A DNA stretch of 64,000 bases, from assembly GCF_009914755.1 (NCBI RefSeq), contig NC_060941.1. One strand, written 5' to 3'. Below, piece by piece: positions 12,659-32,462 of the stretch (the first letter of the stretch is position 1; each line of letters begins with the position of its first letter). The notes beneath the pieces were generated by a model, which did no database searches, was not told the DNA's origin, and saw only the letters and a program-made list of their open reading frames with translations. The DNA comes from the human T2T-CHM13v2.0 reference genome, Homo sapiens. Both the position numbers and the translations under genes were made by a program.

Positions 12659-12790
12659 GGCCAGGCACAGCAGCTCACACCAGTAATCCCAGCACTTTGG
12701 GAGGCTGAGACGGGAGGATTGCTTGAGCCTGGGAGTTTGAGATCAGACTGGGCAGCATAGCGAGACTGCCGTCTCTACAAAAATAAAAAA
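12659..12790 (+). mobile_element. FLAM (free left Alu monomer)
   Basis: Single left arm with GGATTGCTTGAGCC and an A tail. Confidence 0.85.
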
Positions 12791-12805
12791 AGAAAGTACT
12801 TAGTT

Positions 12806-13120
<315 letters not shown>

Positions 13121-13534
13121 AAAGTACTTAGTTACTTAGTTTTAAGTCAAGATCAGAGAGCACAACATTCTATCTACTAAAGTGTGAAATACCAAGATAC
13201 ATGTATTAGGGACAATGGTGAGAGAACACCCGTCTTTGACTTCAGACTGGCTGGGTTTAAATTCCAGTTCCACCAGGAGTGTGGACTTGGGTAAATTAAG
13301 CTGTCTGTGCCTTTGATGCCTTGGTGTCCTGGGGGCCCAGCTCAAGACCACCTTGATAGATTGGATAGGGTGGGGAGTGTGAGGAGCCCTGTGTTCTGCC
13401 TTGAAAGAGGGCTCAGAGGAGGGGTACAGGAAGGAGACCCAGAGGTAGGGTTCTGATCCTAGACCTTGGGATTTTATCAGCACACATTTCTATAGCCTTT
13501 ATTATCACCATGTACTGTTCTAAGCCCTTTATAA

Positions 13535-13901
<367 letters not shown>

Positions 13902-13904
13902 TAA

Positions 13905-14750
<846 letters not shown>

Positions 14751-14759
14751 TTATTTTTA

Positions 14760-15337
<578 letters not shown>

Positions 15338-15550
15338 TAATAGACAGTGGTTAAACTCTCTATTTAGTGGAAAGTGGTTGTACAAATTTATATCTGTATA
15401 CAGTTTTACAGGCAAAGAAACTGAGGCACATGGAGGTTAGTTAAGGTGCCTGAGGTCACACAGCTAGCAGGTGGCAGAACTGGAATTGGAATCCAGGCAG
15501 TGCAGCTCTGGAGGCTTGCTTTTCACCACTGGGCCAAGTCGTCTCTTATC

Positions 15551-15720
15551 TTTTTTTTTTTTTTTTTTTTGTAGAGACAGGGTCTCGCTCTGTCATCCAG
15601 TCTAGAGCACAGTGGTGCAATCACGTCTCACTGCAGCCTTGAACTTCTGGGTTCAAGCAATCCTCCTGCCTCAGCCTCTCAGAGTGCTTAGATTACAGGC
15701 ATGAGTCACCTGCTTGGCCT
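15551..15720 (-). mobile_element. Alu monomer (FRAM/FAM-like)
   Basis: Single ~170-bp arm; TSD CTTATCTTT. Confidence 0.8.
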
Positions 15721-16929
15721 GCCACTTATCTTTAATCTGCATACTCCCTGACAGGAAAACTAGTAATACTGGGAAGCAAAGGTGACTTTGTACAAGTGTC
15801 TTTACTTCTCTGGGCCTCAGTTCTCTCCTGTAAAACGAGGGGTTGGGTCACAAAGGTCATGTAATGATATTCTGTAGGCCCAGTGGAATATACTGCCTTC
15901 CTGAGGACTTCTTCAGTCTTCCTTAACGAACTCACCCCATTCCCTGCTCAACCAGAAGCAGCTCTATAACTTGAATGATACATTTTCCAACCCTACCCCT
16001 CCACTGGGGTTCCCTCAGAGGACTGCTCAGGCTCTAACTGGAGGACCTCACTTGGGCCTACCCTCCAACCCTACTGACAATTTCCCCACCTCCCACTCTC
16101 CAGCTCTTCCACTTGCAGGGGTGGGGACATGGGACTCTCCCTCTTTGCCTTCCAGTGTGTTCGCTAGCTGGTCTTCTCTCTTTAAATCATGAGTGTTCAG
16201 GTGTATGAATTTTCACAAAGTGAGCTCACCTCTGTGTCTACCACTAACATGAAGAAATACAGTATTTCCAGAAGGCTCCTCCCAACCCCCCAGGGTAACC
16301 ACCATTTTGACTTCCAACACAATAGATTTAATTTGCCTATTTTTGAACTTTATGTAATTGAAATCATACTGTATGTTCTCTTCAATATCTGGTTTCTTTT
16401 GCTCAGCCTTATTTCCTTGTAAATAGTCTTAAACATAACTTTTCCTATAGTCTTTGTTAGTTTGATGGATGATCTCAACTTCTTGGGGATACTGATCCTC
16501 TCGCTTATTTTGTCTGCTGACCTTTGCTCATGGTGAATGATTTCCTTATGTGTTTTGTACTTTCTGACTGTGAGCTTATCTTTATTTGGGATTTCGTGGA
16601 AATCCCACTGCTGTTAGTTATGGAAATGCCCCTATCCATATGATTTTGCATTAATTCTGCCAGACATTCTAGAGGTATCACTGGACTAGGACCAAATTTT
16701 CCATTAATTAATCATCTTGAAAATTATTATATCAAATGAGGAGTATGTACTTGGCCTCTAAACCTTCCCAGGCCTGGGGTTTATTTTTCTCCCTCACTGA
16801 GGACTTTTTCTGCCTTTACCCAGAACTCTAGGTAGAGACAAATTTTTGCTGTCACCTTAGCCCGATGGACAAAGCTTCTTCGTCCCCTTTTGACCCAGGG
16901 GGCATTTGGAAGGTCCAGGTTTTTCTGCT

Positions 16930-17420
16930 ACTGCGATTACAGCTGCAGTTTCCTAGCTGGTCTCCCTTCCTTTATCTTTGTCCCTCAGCCTCCCTGGTCT
17001 CTTCTTAACACAGCAGCCAGAGGTAACTGCCTGTGTGTTAGTTCCCTGTTCGCTCAGAGGAACACCCAGAACACTTACAACGGTTGCAAAGCCCTGTGTG
17101 GTCTGGCCCCTGCTTCCTCTCTATTCTCATCTCCTGGCACTTTGCTGCTCACTCAGTCTGTTCCAGCTCCCAGGCCTCCTTGCTGTTAGTGGGTACACAG
17201 CTTATAGCCCTGGTACAGCAGCTGAGTCTGGGCTTGAGATAGGCCCAAATATGCAAATAAATGACTCCCTAGGTTCCTTCAAGTCTTTGGTCAAATATCA
17301 CTTCTGTGAGGCTTACCCGGACTATTCTATTTATACTGCAAACAGCTCCCCTATTTGTGTCTATCGGACTCTCTCTCTCTCTGTGTCTCTCTCTTTTTCT
17401 CTGTCTTCTCCTCTCTTTCG

Positions 17421-17477
<57 letters not shown>

Positions 17478-17700
17478 GAGATCACCCTTATCCTCCCCTA
17501 CTAACTCCTTTTCCCCATAACACTCATACCACCTAAGACACTATTTAATTTACTTATTTATTATGTTCTTAATTGTTTTCCCCTCCTCCCATTTGTTCCT
17601 TTCTATCACTTGTTGGAATGTTAAGGTACATAAGGTCAGGAATTCTCTTTTATTCACAGGGGGCCTGGCATAAGTAGGTGCTTATTAAATATTTGATAAA
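16930..17700 (+). mobile_element. L2 3' fragment
   Basis: Ends CCTGGCATAAGTAGGTGCTTATTAAATATTTG, the L2 3' terminus. Confidence 0.7.
17369..17475 (+). repeat. Compound (CT)n + (CA)23 microsatellite
   Basis: Pure CA run 17429-17474 preceded by an imperfect CT tract. Confidence 0.95.
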
Positions 17701-19992
17701 GAAAGCAGGGGTCCCATTTGCAACTCCTGGGCTTGCAAGACCTGAGGCCTTATCTCCGGTCTGTGTGTGGGTGCTAAATCCTAAGCTCAAGGCATTAAAG
17801 CCTGTTTCCAGGTCTAATAATCAGTCAGTCTTTCCCCTTTCTCTATCCTCCCTGCTGTTCCCTCCCTCCTCCCACACACCTCATGATCACTGGGGTCTCA
17901 GGGTTTCTCTTAACACTTTGGCTTTCAGATTTTTCTTTCCTCTAGCACCTGGGGATTTCCTTTTATTTCTTATGAGATCTGCTATTCATTAAATTTTTTT
18001 AAACTTACATTTCATCTAGTATTTCTAGATGCTTGCAGTGGTAGGGGTTCTGCATTACCTCAGTCCACCTTGTTGCCAGAACTCGAAGTAATATATTTTA
18101 ATCTTTCACACATCTGGAATTAATCGTGACATATGGTGTGAGGTAAGGATATCCATTTTTTCATCAAATATTTAGCCAGTTATTCAGTGACAACTATTGA
18201 GAAACATCATTTTTTGTCACTGATTTGAGATGCCATATTTATTAAATGCTTAAGTATTATATAAACTTGGATCTGTTCTCTGGATTTTTCCATTTTGTTT
18301 CACAAATCTGTTTTCCTGCCACTTTCTATCTGTTTGGATATTTCAGTATCTGGTAGGTTCAGTATTCACTCATTATTCATCTGTTCATTTTCACTTATTC
18401 TCATTGCTATTCTTGCTTGCTTGTTTCTTTATATATTTATTTATTGGCTTTAGATGAGTTTGTCAAGTTTCATTACAAATGCCATTAGTAATTTGACAGC
18501 AGTGTTGTTAAAATGAACTTGGTGATAGTTGAAAACATTGTAACTGTATCAACATGTCTCTTGTATGTAATGATTTGATTATTTAAATGTACCCAATAGG
18601 GCTTTTAGGATATCAGAAAAGTAGGTTTTAAGTCTGGTCAAAATCATGAATTGTACTTATGTGTTTCTCTTTGATTCTTCCAGATGATTTTTTTTTACAG
18701 ATTTATTGAGATATAATTGTTCAGTAAATTGCACATATATAAAAAGTATAACTTGGTAAGTTTGACTTATGTATACACCTGTGAAACCATCACCACAATC
18801 AAGATAAATAACATATCCATCAGCCCAAAATGTTCCTGCTGTCTTGGTAATCCCTCCTGCCCCTTTCCACCATGGTGCCTTCTGTCATTGTATATCTGTT
18901 TGCCTTTTCTAGAGTTTTGTGTAAATGGAATCATACGGTATGTGTGGTCTGGTTTCTTTCACCTTCCATGCTTAGTTGGATTATTTATTCATCCATCATG
19001 TTAAGTGCATTAATAGTTCAATCCTTTTTATTTCTGGGGGGGTATTCATTGTATTGCTATACCACAATTTTTCCATTCACCTGCTGATGGGCATTTAGCT
19101 TGTTTCTAGTTTTTGGCTATTACAGGTAAAGCAGCTATGAACATTCTTTTAGAAGTCTTTGCATGGACATACACTTTCATCTCTCTTGGGCAAATACCTA
19201 AGAGTGGATTGGCTGGATGATACAGTAGGTGTAGGTCTAACTTTTAATAAACTGTCAAACTATTTTCCAAAATGGTAGTACCACTTTACATCTATATCTG
19301 CAGTGTATGAGAGTTCTAGTTTCTCCAGTCCATTTCCTCATCAGCATTTGATATGGCCAATCTTTTAGAAATTTTAGCCATTCCAATAGATGTGTGGTAG
19401 ATACCCTTCCAATTTTAAGTTTTACAATTTGGAAGTATAGAACATCTACATTTATTTATGTCTTCTTTTATGCTATTCAGTAAGGTTCATAAATTTCTTT
19501 ATATTAGCATCACACATTTTTTCAGAAGAGTTTACTTCTATGTATTTATAATTTTGATTACTATTATGAAAGGGATTTTTTCCTTCTCATTTTATTTTCT
19601 AAGTGGGTATTACAATGTATAGAAAAGCTATGAACTATATATACATTTTTATGTATTTTGCAACCTTCAGCTTTACTAAACTCTTTTTAATTCGTTCTCA
19701 CAGTGTTTCAGTTTCTCTGGACTTCAACTATATATATGAATATTTTAGCCCTTCTTTTCCAATACTTGTACTATTTATTTTTCTTGTCTTACTGCATTGG
19801 ATAGAACGTCAAAGTAATGGTATATATAATAATGGTAATGTACTCTTGTATTACTACTGATTTAAGTGAGCACATTTCTAGAGTTTCATTGTTAAATATG
19901 TTGTTTGTTGCTAGTTTCATATGGATGTTCTTTATTGTACTCAATGGAGAGACCTCTATTCCTGACTTACTGGGAGGGTTGCTCTTTCTTAC

Positions 19993-20273
19993 TTTTTTTT
20001 TTGTTTGTTTTTTTGTTGGAGAGATAAGGTCTTGATTGGTTGCCCAGGCTGGAGTGCAGTAGCATGATCAATCATAGCTCATTGCAGCCTCAACCTCCTG
20101 GGCTAAAGCAATCCTCCTACCTCACACTCTTGAGTAGCTGAGACTATGGGTGTGCACCATGCCCAGCTAATTTTTTAAAGAAATTTTTGTAGAGATGAGG
20201 TCTTGCTGTGTTGCCCAAGCTGATCTTAAACTCCTGGGTTCAAGTGATCCTCCTGCCTGAGACTCCCAAACTG
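19993..20273 (-). mobile_element. AluJ
   Basis: CATAGCTCATTGCAGCCTCAACCTCCTGGGCT J-type diagnostics. Confidence 0.88.
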
Positions 20274-20917
20274 TGCTCTTTTTTTAAAAAATATTCAAGA
20301 ATATGTAGAATGTTAATCCTTTAGATATTAATCAAAATGATCATATCATTTTTCTGCTTTGACTATTAATGTAATGCATTTCTTTAATTGATTTCTGAGG
20401 TATAATTCACATGTCATACAATTCACCCATGGAAAGTGGTTTTTAGTATGTTCGTCGATTGGTACAACCATAACTGAAACTAATCCTATAACATTTTTGT
20501 CATCCCCAAAAGGAGCTTTCTACGAATTAGCAGTCACTTTCCATCCTTCACCCTGATCTGCACCCACACCCTAAGTAGGCTTTTGATCTTTACAGATTTG
20601 CCTATTCTGGACATTTCATATAAATAGAATCACGTAACATATGGCCTTTTGTGACTGACGTCTTTCAATTAGCATAATGTTTTCATGGTTCATCCATGTT
20701 ATAGCAGTACTTCATTTCCTTTTAATGGCTGAATTCCATTATGTAAACATATCAAATTTTGATTCATTCATCAGTTGATGGACATTTGAGTTGTGTCCAT
20801 TTTTTGGCTCTTATGAATAATGCTGCTATGAGCATTGGTTTACAGGTTTTTGTGTGGACATCTGCTTTCTCTGGGGTATCTACCTAGCAGTGGAATTGTT
20901 GGGTTATAAGACAACTA

Positions 20918-21285
<368 letters not shown>

Positions 21286-21533
21286 CTAGGACCCTAGAAC
21301 CCACCAGCAACATATGGGGATCCTAGTTTCTCCATACCCTTGAAAACACTTACTATCTATCATTTTGATTATAGCCATTCTGGTGGGTGTGAAGGGGTAT
21401 CTTGTTGTGCTTGTGTGATTTCCTAAGTTTGAAATATTCCAGCATTCTTGGAATGTATCTATTTGGTGATGTGTTATTCTTTACTAACATTTTATTTTAG
21501 ATTTTTATGCCTATATTCAAAAGTGAGATTTGA

Positions 21534-21696
21534 GCTGGGTGTGATGGCGCGCCTCTCTAGTCTCAGTTCTCGAGAGGCTGAGGCAGGAAGATTGCACGAG
21601 CGAGGGGTTTGAGGCTATAATGCGCTATGACTGCACCTGTGAATAGCCACTGTACTCCACAACATAGTGAGACTCTGTCCCTTAAAAAAAAAAAAA
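21534..21696 (+). mobile_element. FAM (fossil Alu monomer, 7SL-derived)
   Basis: TGCGCTATGA...CCTGTGAATAGCCACTG is the FAM/7SL-type segment absent from dimeric Alus. Confidence 0.85.
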
Positions 21697-21702
21697 CTGT
21701 GA

Positions 21703-21997
21703 GGCTGGGCGCGGTGGCTCACGCCTGTAATCCCAGCACTTTGGGAGGCCGAGGCGGGCAGATCATGAGGTCAGGAATTCAAGACCAGCCTGACCAACAT
21801 GGTGAAACCCCGTCTCCACTAAAAATACAAAAATTAGCTGGGTGTGGTGGCGTGCTCCTGCAGTCCCAGCTACTCAGGAGGCTGAGGCAGAAGAATCACT
21901 TGAACCCAGGAGGCAGAGGTTGCAGTGAGCCGAGATTGCGCCACTGCACTCCAGACTGGGCGATAGTGCGAGACTCCATCTCAAAAAAAAAAAAAAA
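21703..21997 (+). mobile_element. AluS
   Basis: Full dimeric Alu immediately after the FAM tail. Confidence 0.95.
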
Positions 21998-22469
21998 GTG
22001 AGATTTGTCTGACCTTTTGTCACTTTATATTGCCTTTTGTATCAAGGCTGTTTTAACCTTATAAAATGAAGTGGGAAGTTTCCATTCTATTTTATGCTCT
22101 GGAATAGTTTAAGTAACATGAGAAATAGCTGGTCCTTGAAGGTTTGTTAGAATTAGCCCATCTGAGCCCTGTGTCATTTTTGAAAGTAGTTATTTGACAA
22201 CCATTTCAATTTCTTCCATACTTATGTGTTTATTCAGAAATTTTTCAACTGCTTTTTGAGTCAAATCTGGTAATTTGTTTTTTTTTAAAAATCATTTACC
22301 CAGATTTTCATTTTTCAAGCATAGGATTCTATATAATAATCACTAAAATATTTTTTAATGTTCATATATGGCTATATCACCTTTCTAATTGCTAATAGCA
22401 AACATTTTTTCTCACTCTCTCTTTGCCTAGGTTTGTTTGCTTTTTGTACATTTGTGAAAGTGATAATAA

Positions 22470-22715
22470 TAACATTTGATCATATTTAATGAACACTCAC
22501 TGTGTCCTAGACCCTATGCTAAATATTTTGGATGCACTTTCTAATTTAAAAAATCTATAACACTGTGAATTGAGCAAAATTATTCCCATTTTACATATAG
22601 TTGAGTAGTTAAGAAATTTAGCTTGCCCAGAGTCACAGAGCTGCAAAACCCAGGGCCGGAATTAAAAAGGATCTGTCAGTTTTCAAAGCGGGTTCTTTTA
22701 TCCACTATTCCAGAC
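22470..22715 (-). mobile_element. MIR
   Basis: ATTATTCCCATTTTACA...GCTTGCCCAGAGTCACAGAGCT. Confidence 0.7.
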
Positions 22716-22772
22716 TGCTGCTTATTTTTAAATGCTTTTTTATCATCTTCTAATTGTCTCTCTAATCTCTCT

Positions 22773-23075
22773 CTTTTTTTTTTTTTGGTTGAGATGGAGT
22801 TTCCCTCTTGTTGCCCAGGCTGGAATGCAATGGCGCGATCTTGGCTCACCACAACCTCCACCTCCCGGGTTCAAGCAATTCTTTCTGCTGCCTCAGCCTC
22901 CTGAGTAGCTGGGATTACAGGCATGTGTCACCACGCCTGGCTAATTTTGTGTTTTTAGTAGAGACGGGGTTTCACCATGTTGGTCAGGCTGGTCTCAAAC
23001 TCCGGACCTCAGGTGATCCACCCGCCTCGGCTTCTGAAAGTGCTGGGATTACAGGCGTGAACCACTGCACCTGGC
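22773..23075 (-). mobile_element. AluS
   Basis: Reverse dimeric Alu. Confidence 0.95.
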
Positions 23076-23388
23076 ATCATCTTGTAATTCTCTTAATTTT
23101 TTTATCTTTATTAATTTCTTACCTAGGCTTCTCTGTGGTTATCCTAATTTTTTGAGTTGAATGCTCAGTTCAACTAACATTATTTTCTTATTCCTGTTGA
23201 GCATTAAAACTAAGTTAATGACTTTTCCTCTCTAGAGTAGCGTTGACCACTTCCCATAGGTTTTGATTTGTGCTGCTCTCATTGTCACTGTTTTTACAAT
23301 GACTGTGTCATTGTAGTTTTGATATTCCTTTTGTTCCTGGAGTTATTTATGAATTGGGTTTTCATCTCCAGGAGGTTATATCCTTTAA

Positions 23389-23746
<358 letters not shown>

Positions 23747-24769
23747 TAGTTTGGTTTTTGTTTGTTTTTTAGAATAATCTCATGTGTATGTAAGATCACC
23801 TCTTGTCAGTGTTCCGCAGGAATTGAAGAGGAATCCTGTTTGTAGGGCACAATGTTTATATTTATTGACTCAATCTAATTGGGATTTTATTCTCCAGATA
23901 CTCTATATTCTTGTTTTCCTTTTTGCCTGCTTGGGGCAAAAAAAATATTCATGGAAGTCTTTAACATGTAACTCGATCTTCGACAGATTAAGTGACAAAG
24001 TCATTCAACTTCTTAAATATTAACATGTGCAAAAGTACATAAGGCAAATTAGCACAGAGTAAAAGCGGGGGGTCACAAAACAGTATGCGAAAAGTAGAAT
24101 TCAGAGCAGAGTACATTATACACAAAGCTAGGTTAATTTGTACAGATACAGGAAAAAAATGCACTGTCATTAACTTGAATGGATTATGACCCCGGCCTCG
24201 GACTCCTCCTTGGTACACAGGGGAAGTTGGCCTCTCAGTTCTTTCCCGTGCTCACACTCTAGGATGGTGGTTTTGGGGTTCACTACTAAGTGCTGCCAGG
24301 GATGGAATTAACTGGGAATAGGATTAGAAGCAAAGAAGAGGCCAGAATGATTCCTAGCCTGAAGCTGGAGCAGTTTGAGCCGACAGCTGGGGCTGAGTTT
24401 ATTGCTTTGGCTCACTCCCGTCTGTACATGAGCATCTGCCTCATTGCCTTTTGGCCTGGCAAAGGGGATTTGCTGAAATAGAAATCAGTCTGCAAGGAAA
24501 GGATGGTGAGGCCACAGCGACTCACTGACATGGGGTGCCACCTCCCGTCATGAAATATGACCCCAAATGGCTTGGTTTGGCTGTGGGATATGCCAACACC
24601 ACCCCCGGGAGCTCTCAGCTCTGTGGAAGAGCATTTCCATAGGCAGCTTCCTACAGAAACGGGCAGGCGACCCAGCTTCACGCCTGCCTCCATTTCTCCT
24701 TATCCTTCTGCCAAGGGGTGATTAATTCATGGAAGAAAGATGGGATGCTAAAGAGAGGAGTGTGTTTCA

Positions 24770-26074
<1,305 letters not shown>

Positions 26075-26075
26075 C

Positions 26076-28175
<2,100 letters not shown>

Positions 28176-28189
28176 TAGCCTTTTCCTGG

Positions 28190-28290
28190 CTTAATGAAGT
28201 AAAATCTCTGGGATGGAGCCTAGAAATCTGCACTTTGGTGAATGCATTAGATGAAACAAGTGTACACAGAGTTTTAAGAATCACTGTCCA
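28190..28290. mobile_element. MER5-like hAT fragment
   Basis: AATCTCTGGGATGGAGCCTAGAAATCTGCAC...TTTAAGAATCACTG. Confidence 0.5.
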
Positions 28291-28339
28291 CTGATTTCAG
28301 TAGAATTCCAAATAATAATTGTAAAAAATGAAATGAAAG

Positions 28340-29150
28340 AAAGAATGGTGAAAATAGAAAATCACCATTTGACAAAAAGTTCGTGGTAATAGTTGGAGGC
28401 AAGAATCACAAGGTCTGCTAAAGTTAGGGGGTAAAAATATGATGAAAAATAGAATATTTGCATAATGCTAGTTAGAGTACCTTCCCGCAACCACAGAAGG
28501 AAAAAGAATAACTTACAGTGAAGAAACCTAAAGATGCCACCTGAACCAACTGATCAGAATTAACATCACCAGTAATGGGCCACCTGAACCAACTGATCAG
28601 AATTAACATCACCAGTAATGGGCCACCTGAACCAACTGTTCAGAATTAACATCACCAGTAATGGACATAGTGACATCATGTGCCACCTGATATGTGATAT
28701 GATGGCCCAGGAAGAATACTTTGCTTCTGCAGGATTCTTGCTAACCTGAATTTAATTTTGAGGAAATATGAGATGATCCCAAATGAGAGACATTCTAGAA
28801 AATAACTGGCCATTACTCTTTAGGACTATGAAGGTCATTAAAGACAAAAAGAGACTGAGGAATTGTCATAGACTGGAGGAGACTGAGGAGACGTGAGACC
28901 AAAAGGCAGTGTAAGATTCTGAATTGGATCTAGACAAAGACATGTGCGGGACAGTTGGCAAGATTTGAATAAGGTTTGTAGATTAGGTAATAGTATTGCA
29001 CCCATTTCGATTTTCGGGTTTTGATCATTGTAGGATGGGTATGTAAGAGAGTAATATCTGGGGGAAACTGAATGAAGAGTTCACAGAAATTTGTTGTACC
29101 ATTCTGCAACTTTTTATAAGCCTAAAATTATTTCATATTAAAAAATAATA
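28340..29150 (+). mobile_element. Old L1 (L1MC/ME-type) 3' UTR
   Basis: AGACTGAGGAATTGTCATAGACTGGAGGAGACT; ends GCCTAAAATTATTTCA..AAAA. Confidence 0.7.
28536..28664 (+). repeat. 43-bp tandem repeat x3
   Basis: GCCACCTGAACCAACTGATCAGAATTAACATCACCAGTAATGG at 28536, 28579 and 28622; one mismatch in copy 3. Confidence 0.97.
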
Positions 29151-29156
29151 AATGTC

Positions 29157-29528
<372 letters not shown>

Positions 29529-29529
29529 C

Positions 29530-30065
29530 TATTGGTGTAGAAGGAACTTGGGCTTTGGAATCATACAAACCCTAGCTGGGGCCAGGCGTGGTGGCTCACA
29601 CCTGTAATCCCAGCACTATGGGAGGCTGAAGTGGGCGGATCACTTGAGGCCAGGAGTTTGAGACCAGCCTGGCCAACAGGACGAAACCCCATCTCTACTA
29701 AAAATACAAAAATTAGCCAGGCATGGCGGTGCACGCCTGTAATCCCAGCCACTCGGGAGGCTGAGACAGAGAATCGCTTGAACCTGGGAGGCAGAGGCTG
29801 CAGTGAGCTGAGATTGCGCCACTGCACTCCAGCCTGGGCGACAGAGCGAGACTCCATCTCAAAAAAAAAAAAAAAAAAAAAAACCCTAGCTGGACTCCCA
29901 GCTCTGTCATGTACCAGCTAAATCCAGAGCCTCTCAGCCTCGTTTTCATCTGTGAAACGGGGATGACCATGTCTATGTCCTAGGATCACTGGAAGGGTAA
30001 ATGAAATGATGTATGTGAGATGCTAAGTGCAGTGCCTGCCTTACCAGGTGCTCAGGAAATGCTGG
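29530..30065 (+). mobile_element. MIR interrupted by AluS (29580-29883, +)
   Basis: Alu TSD AAACCCTAGCTGG; the MIR core CCTCGTTTTCATCTGTGAAACGGGGAT resumes after it. Confidence 0.85.
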
Positions 30066-30724
30066 CCCTCCCCTGTGGTTCAAGCACCCAGAGATATTTT
30101 CTCCATGAGTCAGCTCCCAGTCTCCCTCTTGCCCTGGAGCAAAAGAACCAATCCTGTCCACTAGGCTGTTTCAGCTTGGCAAGGAGCCATCGAAGCCCCC
30201 TGTCCTGTTAGCTGAGAAAAGGTGTGTCCTGGGAGAGAGAGGATTTTGACCCAGGTTGAGATGGGAGGTGGCTCTGGCAGGCAGAGGACACCCTGGGGAC
30301 CCTCGGGAAGGCAGCCTGGCCTGGGAGCTTTCTCACAGGCTCTCCTTGGCAGGCCACTTAAAGTTACACCGACTTCAAACAAAAAGGGTTTGCAGACACA
30401 AAAGAAGGCTCAACCTGGCCAGTGCCAGGCCTGGCTTGGTATTTGAGTTCAGAAATCCAACTCCTTGGAGCTCGCAGACAGGCCCCACCATCCCGGTAAA
30501 CACTCCAGGAATGCCAAGAACCTGCCTTAGAGCTCCCCTCCCGGGATTGCTTCTGTTGCTGACCCTGGGTCCGGATTCGTTAGAGGTAAATAAGAGCCAG
30601 TGCTCCCAGAGCGGGGACTGTGCAACAGGCCAAGGTGGGGCTCCTTGTACCTGTCTTCAATTCCAACCCCTCTCCACTTTGCAGTATGTGGGTGTATGTG
30701 CCGGGCTAGTTTTCTTAATGGATT

Positions 30725-31040
30725 ATTTTTCCTCCAGCTTTATTGAGGTATAATTGACAAAAATTGTATGTATTTACAATATGTAACATGAAGTTTTGCT
30801 ATACATATGCATTGTGAAATCATGACCACAATCAAGCTAATTAATATAGCCATCACCTCACGTAATTATTTTTTTTTGAGTGAGAACATTTAAGGTCTAC
30901 TCCCAGCAATTTTGAAGTATACAGTACATTCTTGTTAGTTATAGTCACCAGACTGTACAATAGATCTTTCTAACTTGTTCATCCTGTCTAACTGAGAGGT
31001 GATTTTGTACCCTTTGACCAGTGTCTATCCATCCCCCGCT
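30725..31040 (-). mobile_element. L1 (L1MA/MB-type) 3' end
   Basis: CAGCTTTATTGAGGTATAATTGACA...ACAATCAAGCTAATTAATATA. Confidence 0.85.
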
Positions 31041-31153
31041 TAATTGATTATTTTAAAGTAAAGCAAAACGGGTAGTTTTTTCATCTATGTTTTTGTATAG
31101 GCCCCTCCATGTTCTGCCAGTTGAGTCTCCCATGTGACCAAAGACACGTTTGG

Positions 31154-31461
<308 letters not shown>

Positions 31462-31822
31462 CCAAAGGCACATTTGTAAGAGGGTGAGCCTGAGTTAAGG
31501 GCATAATCATTGAACATTGGAATGATTGAGGGCATGTTATATGTGCTTTCCCTATGACCCCGGCAGGTCCACCTCTCAGTACCCACCCTAGAGAAACACA
31601 TATGTGCACAAAAAGGCATGTGCAAGTGTGTTGGTCTCAGACTTGTTGGTAATAGGTACATCAATCGAACATCAATAAGTCTGGGACAAACACACTTGCA
31701 CATATATATGAGAGAGAAGGAGAGAAAAACCTTAACATCTACCAATAAGGAAATGGTTATACACCAAATCAATGTATTCATGCTTTAGAATATAAGGCTG
31801 CAGGTAAAAATATAAGTCTAGA

Positions 31823-31955
31823 GCTGGGTTTAGTGGTGCATATCAGTAGTCCCAGCTATGCAGGAGCCTGAGGTAGGAAGATAGCTTGAGCCCAGGAGTT
31901 CAAGGCCAGCCTGGGCAACATAGCAAGACCCTGTCTCCAAGACAAATAAACATAA
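31823..31955 (+). mobile_element. FLAM
   Basis: Single left arm inside an L1 remnant (~31530-32030). Confidence 0.8.
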
Positions 31956-32244
31956 ATCCATCTGTATGCTCATAGACAGGACTGCATGATATACAGAGTG
32001 TGGTACCACTTGTGTATCCAAACAAAATCCTACCTAATCCATGACTGACACAGAGCCCCCGGGCAGAGGGGCCATATCCTTACCACCTCTCTGTCCCTGT
32101 GGCAGCTCTGGCCTCTCAATAGCTGCTTCTGAAATAGCATTGGTTTCAGGGAATTTATTACTTAACTGACTTTGCTGTTATTATGTGGATTAAGAACCAG
32201 GCCCAAAGTTGATTCTTTCCCATTGTTGAACTTGGATGACGATG

Positions 32245-32462
32245 TAATTGGCAAACTGTAGCCCGTGGGCCAAATTCTGTCTGTTGCCTGTTTTTGTAAA
32301 TAAACTCTTATTGGAACACAGCCACGCCCATTTGTTTATGTATTGTCTGTGGCCGCTTTCCATACAACAGCAGGATTGAGTTGTTGCAACAGAGACCATG
32401 TGGCCTGCAGAGGCTAAAATACTTATTATCTGGCTCTTTACAGAAAAATTTGTTGACCCTTC
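32245..32462 (+). mobile_element. MER58A (hAT-Charlie MITE)
   Basis: GGCAAACT...GGGCCAAAT...TTTTTGTAAATAAA...TTATTGGAACACAGCCACGCCCATT...TTTACAGAAAAA.TTG.TGACCC. Confidence 0.88.

Noticed and set aside
21534-21696. Functional 7SL RNA gene
   Set aside because: It lacks the central S domain, is diverged, and has an A tail and TSD, so it is a FAM retrocopy.
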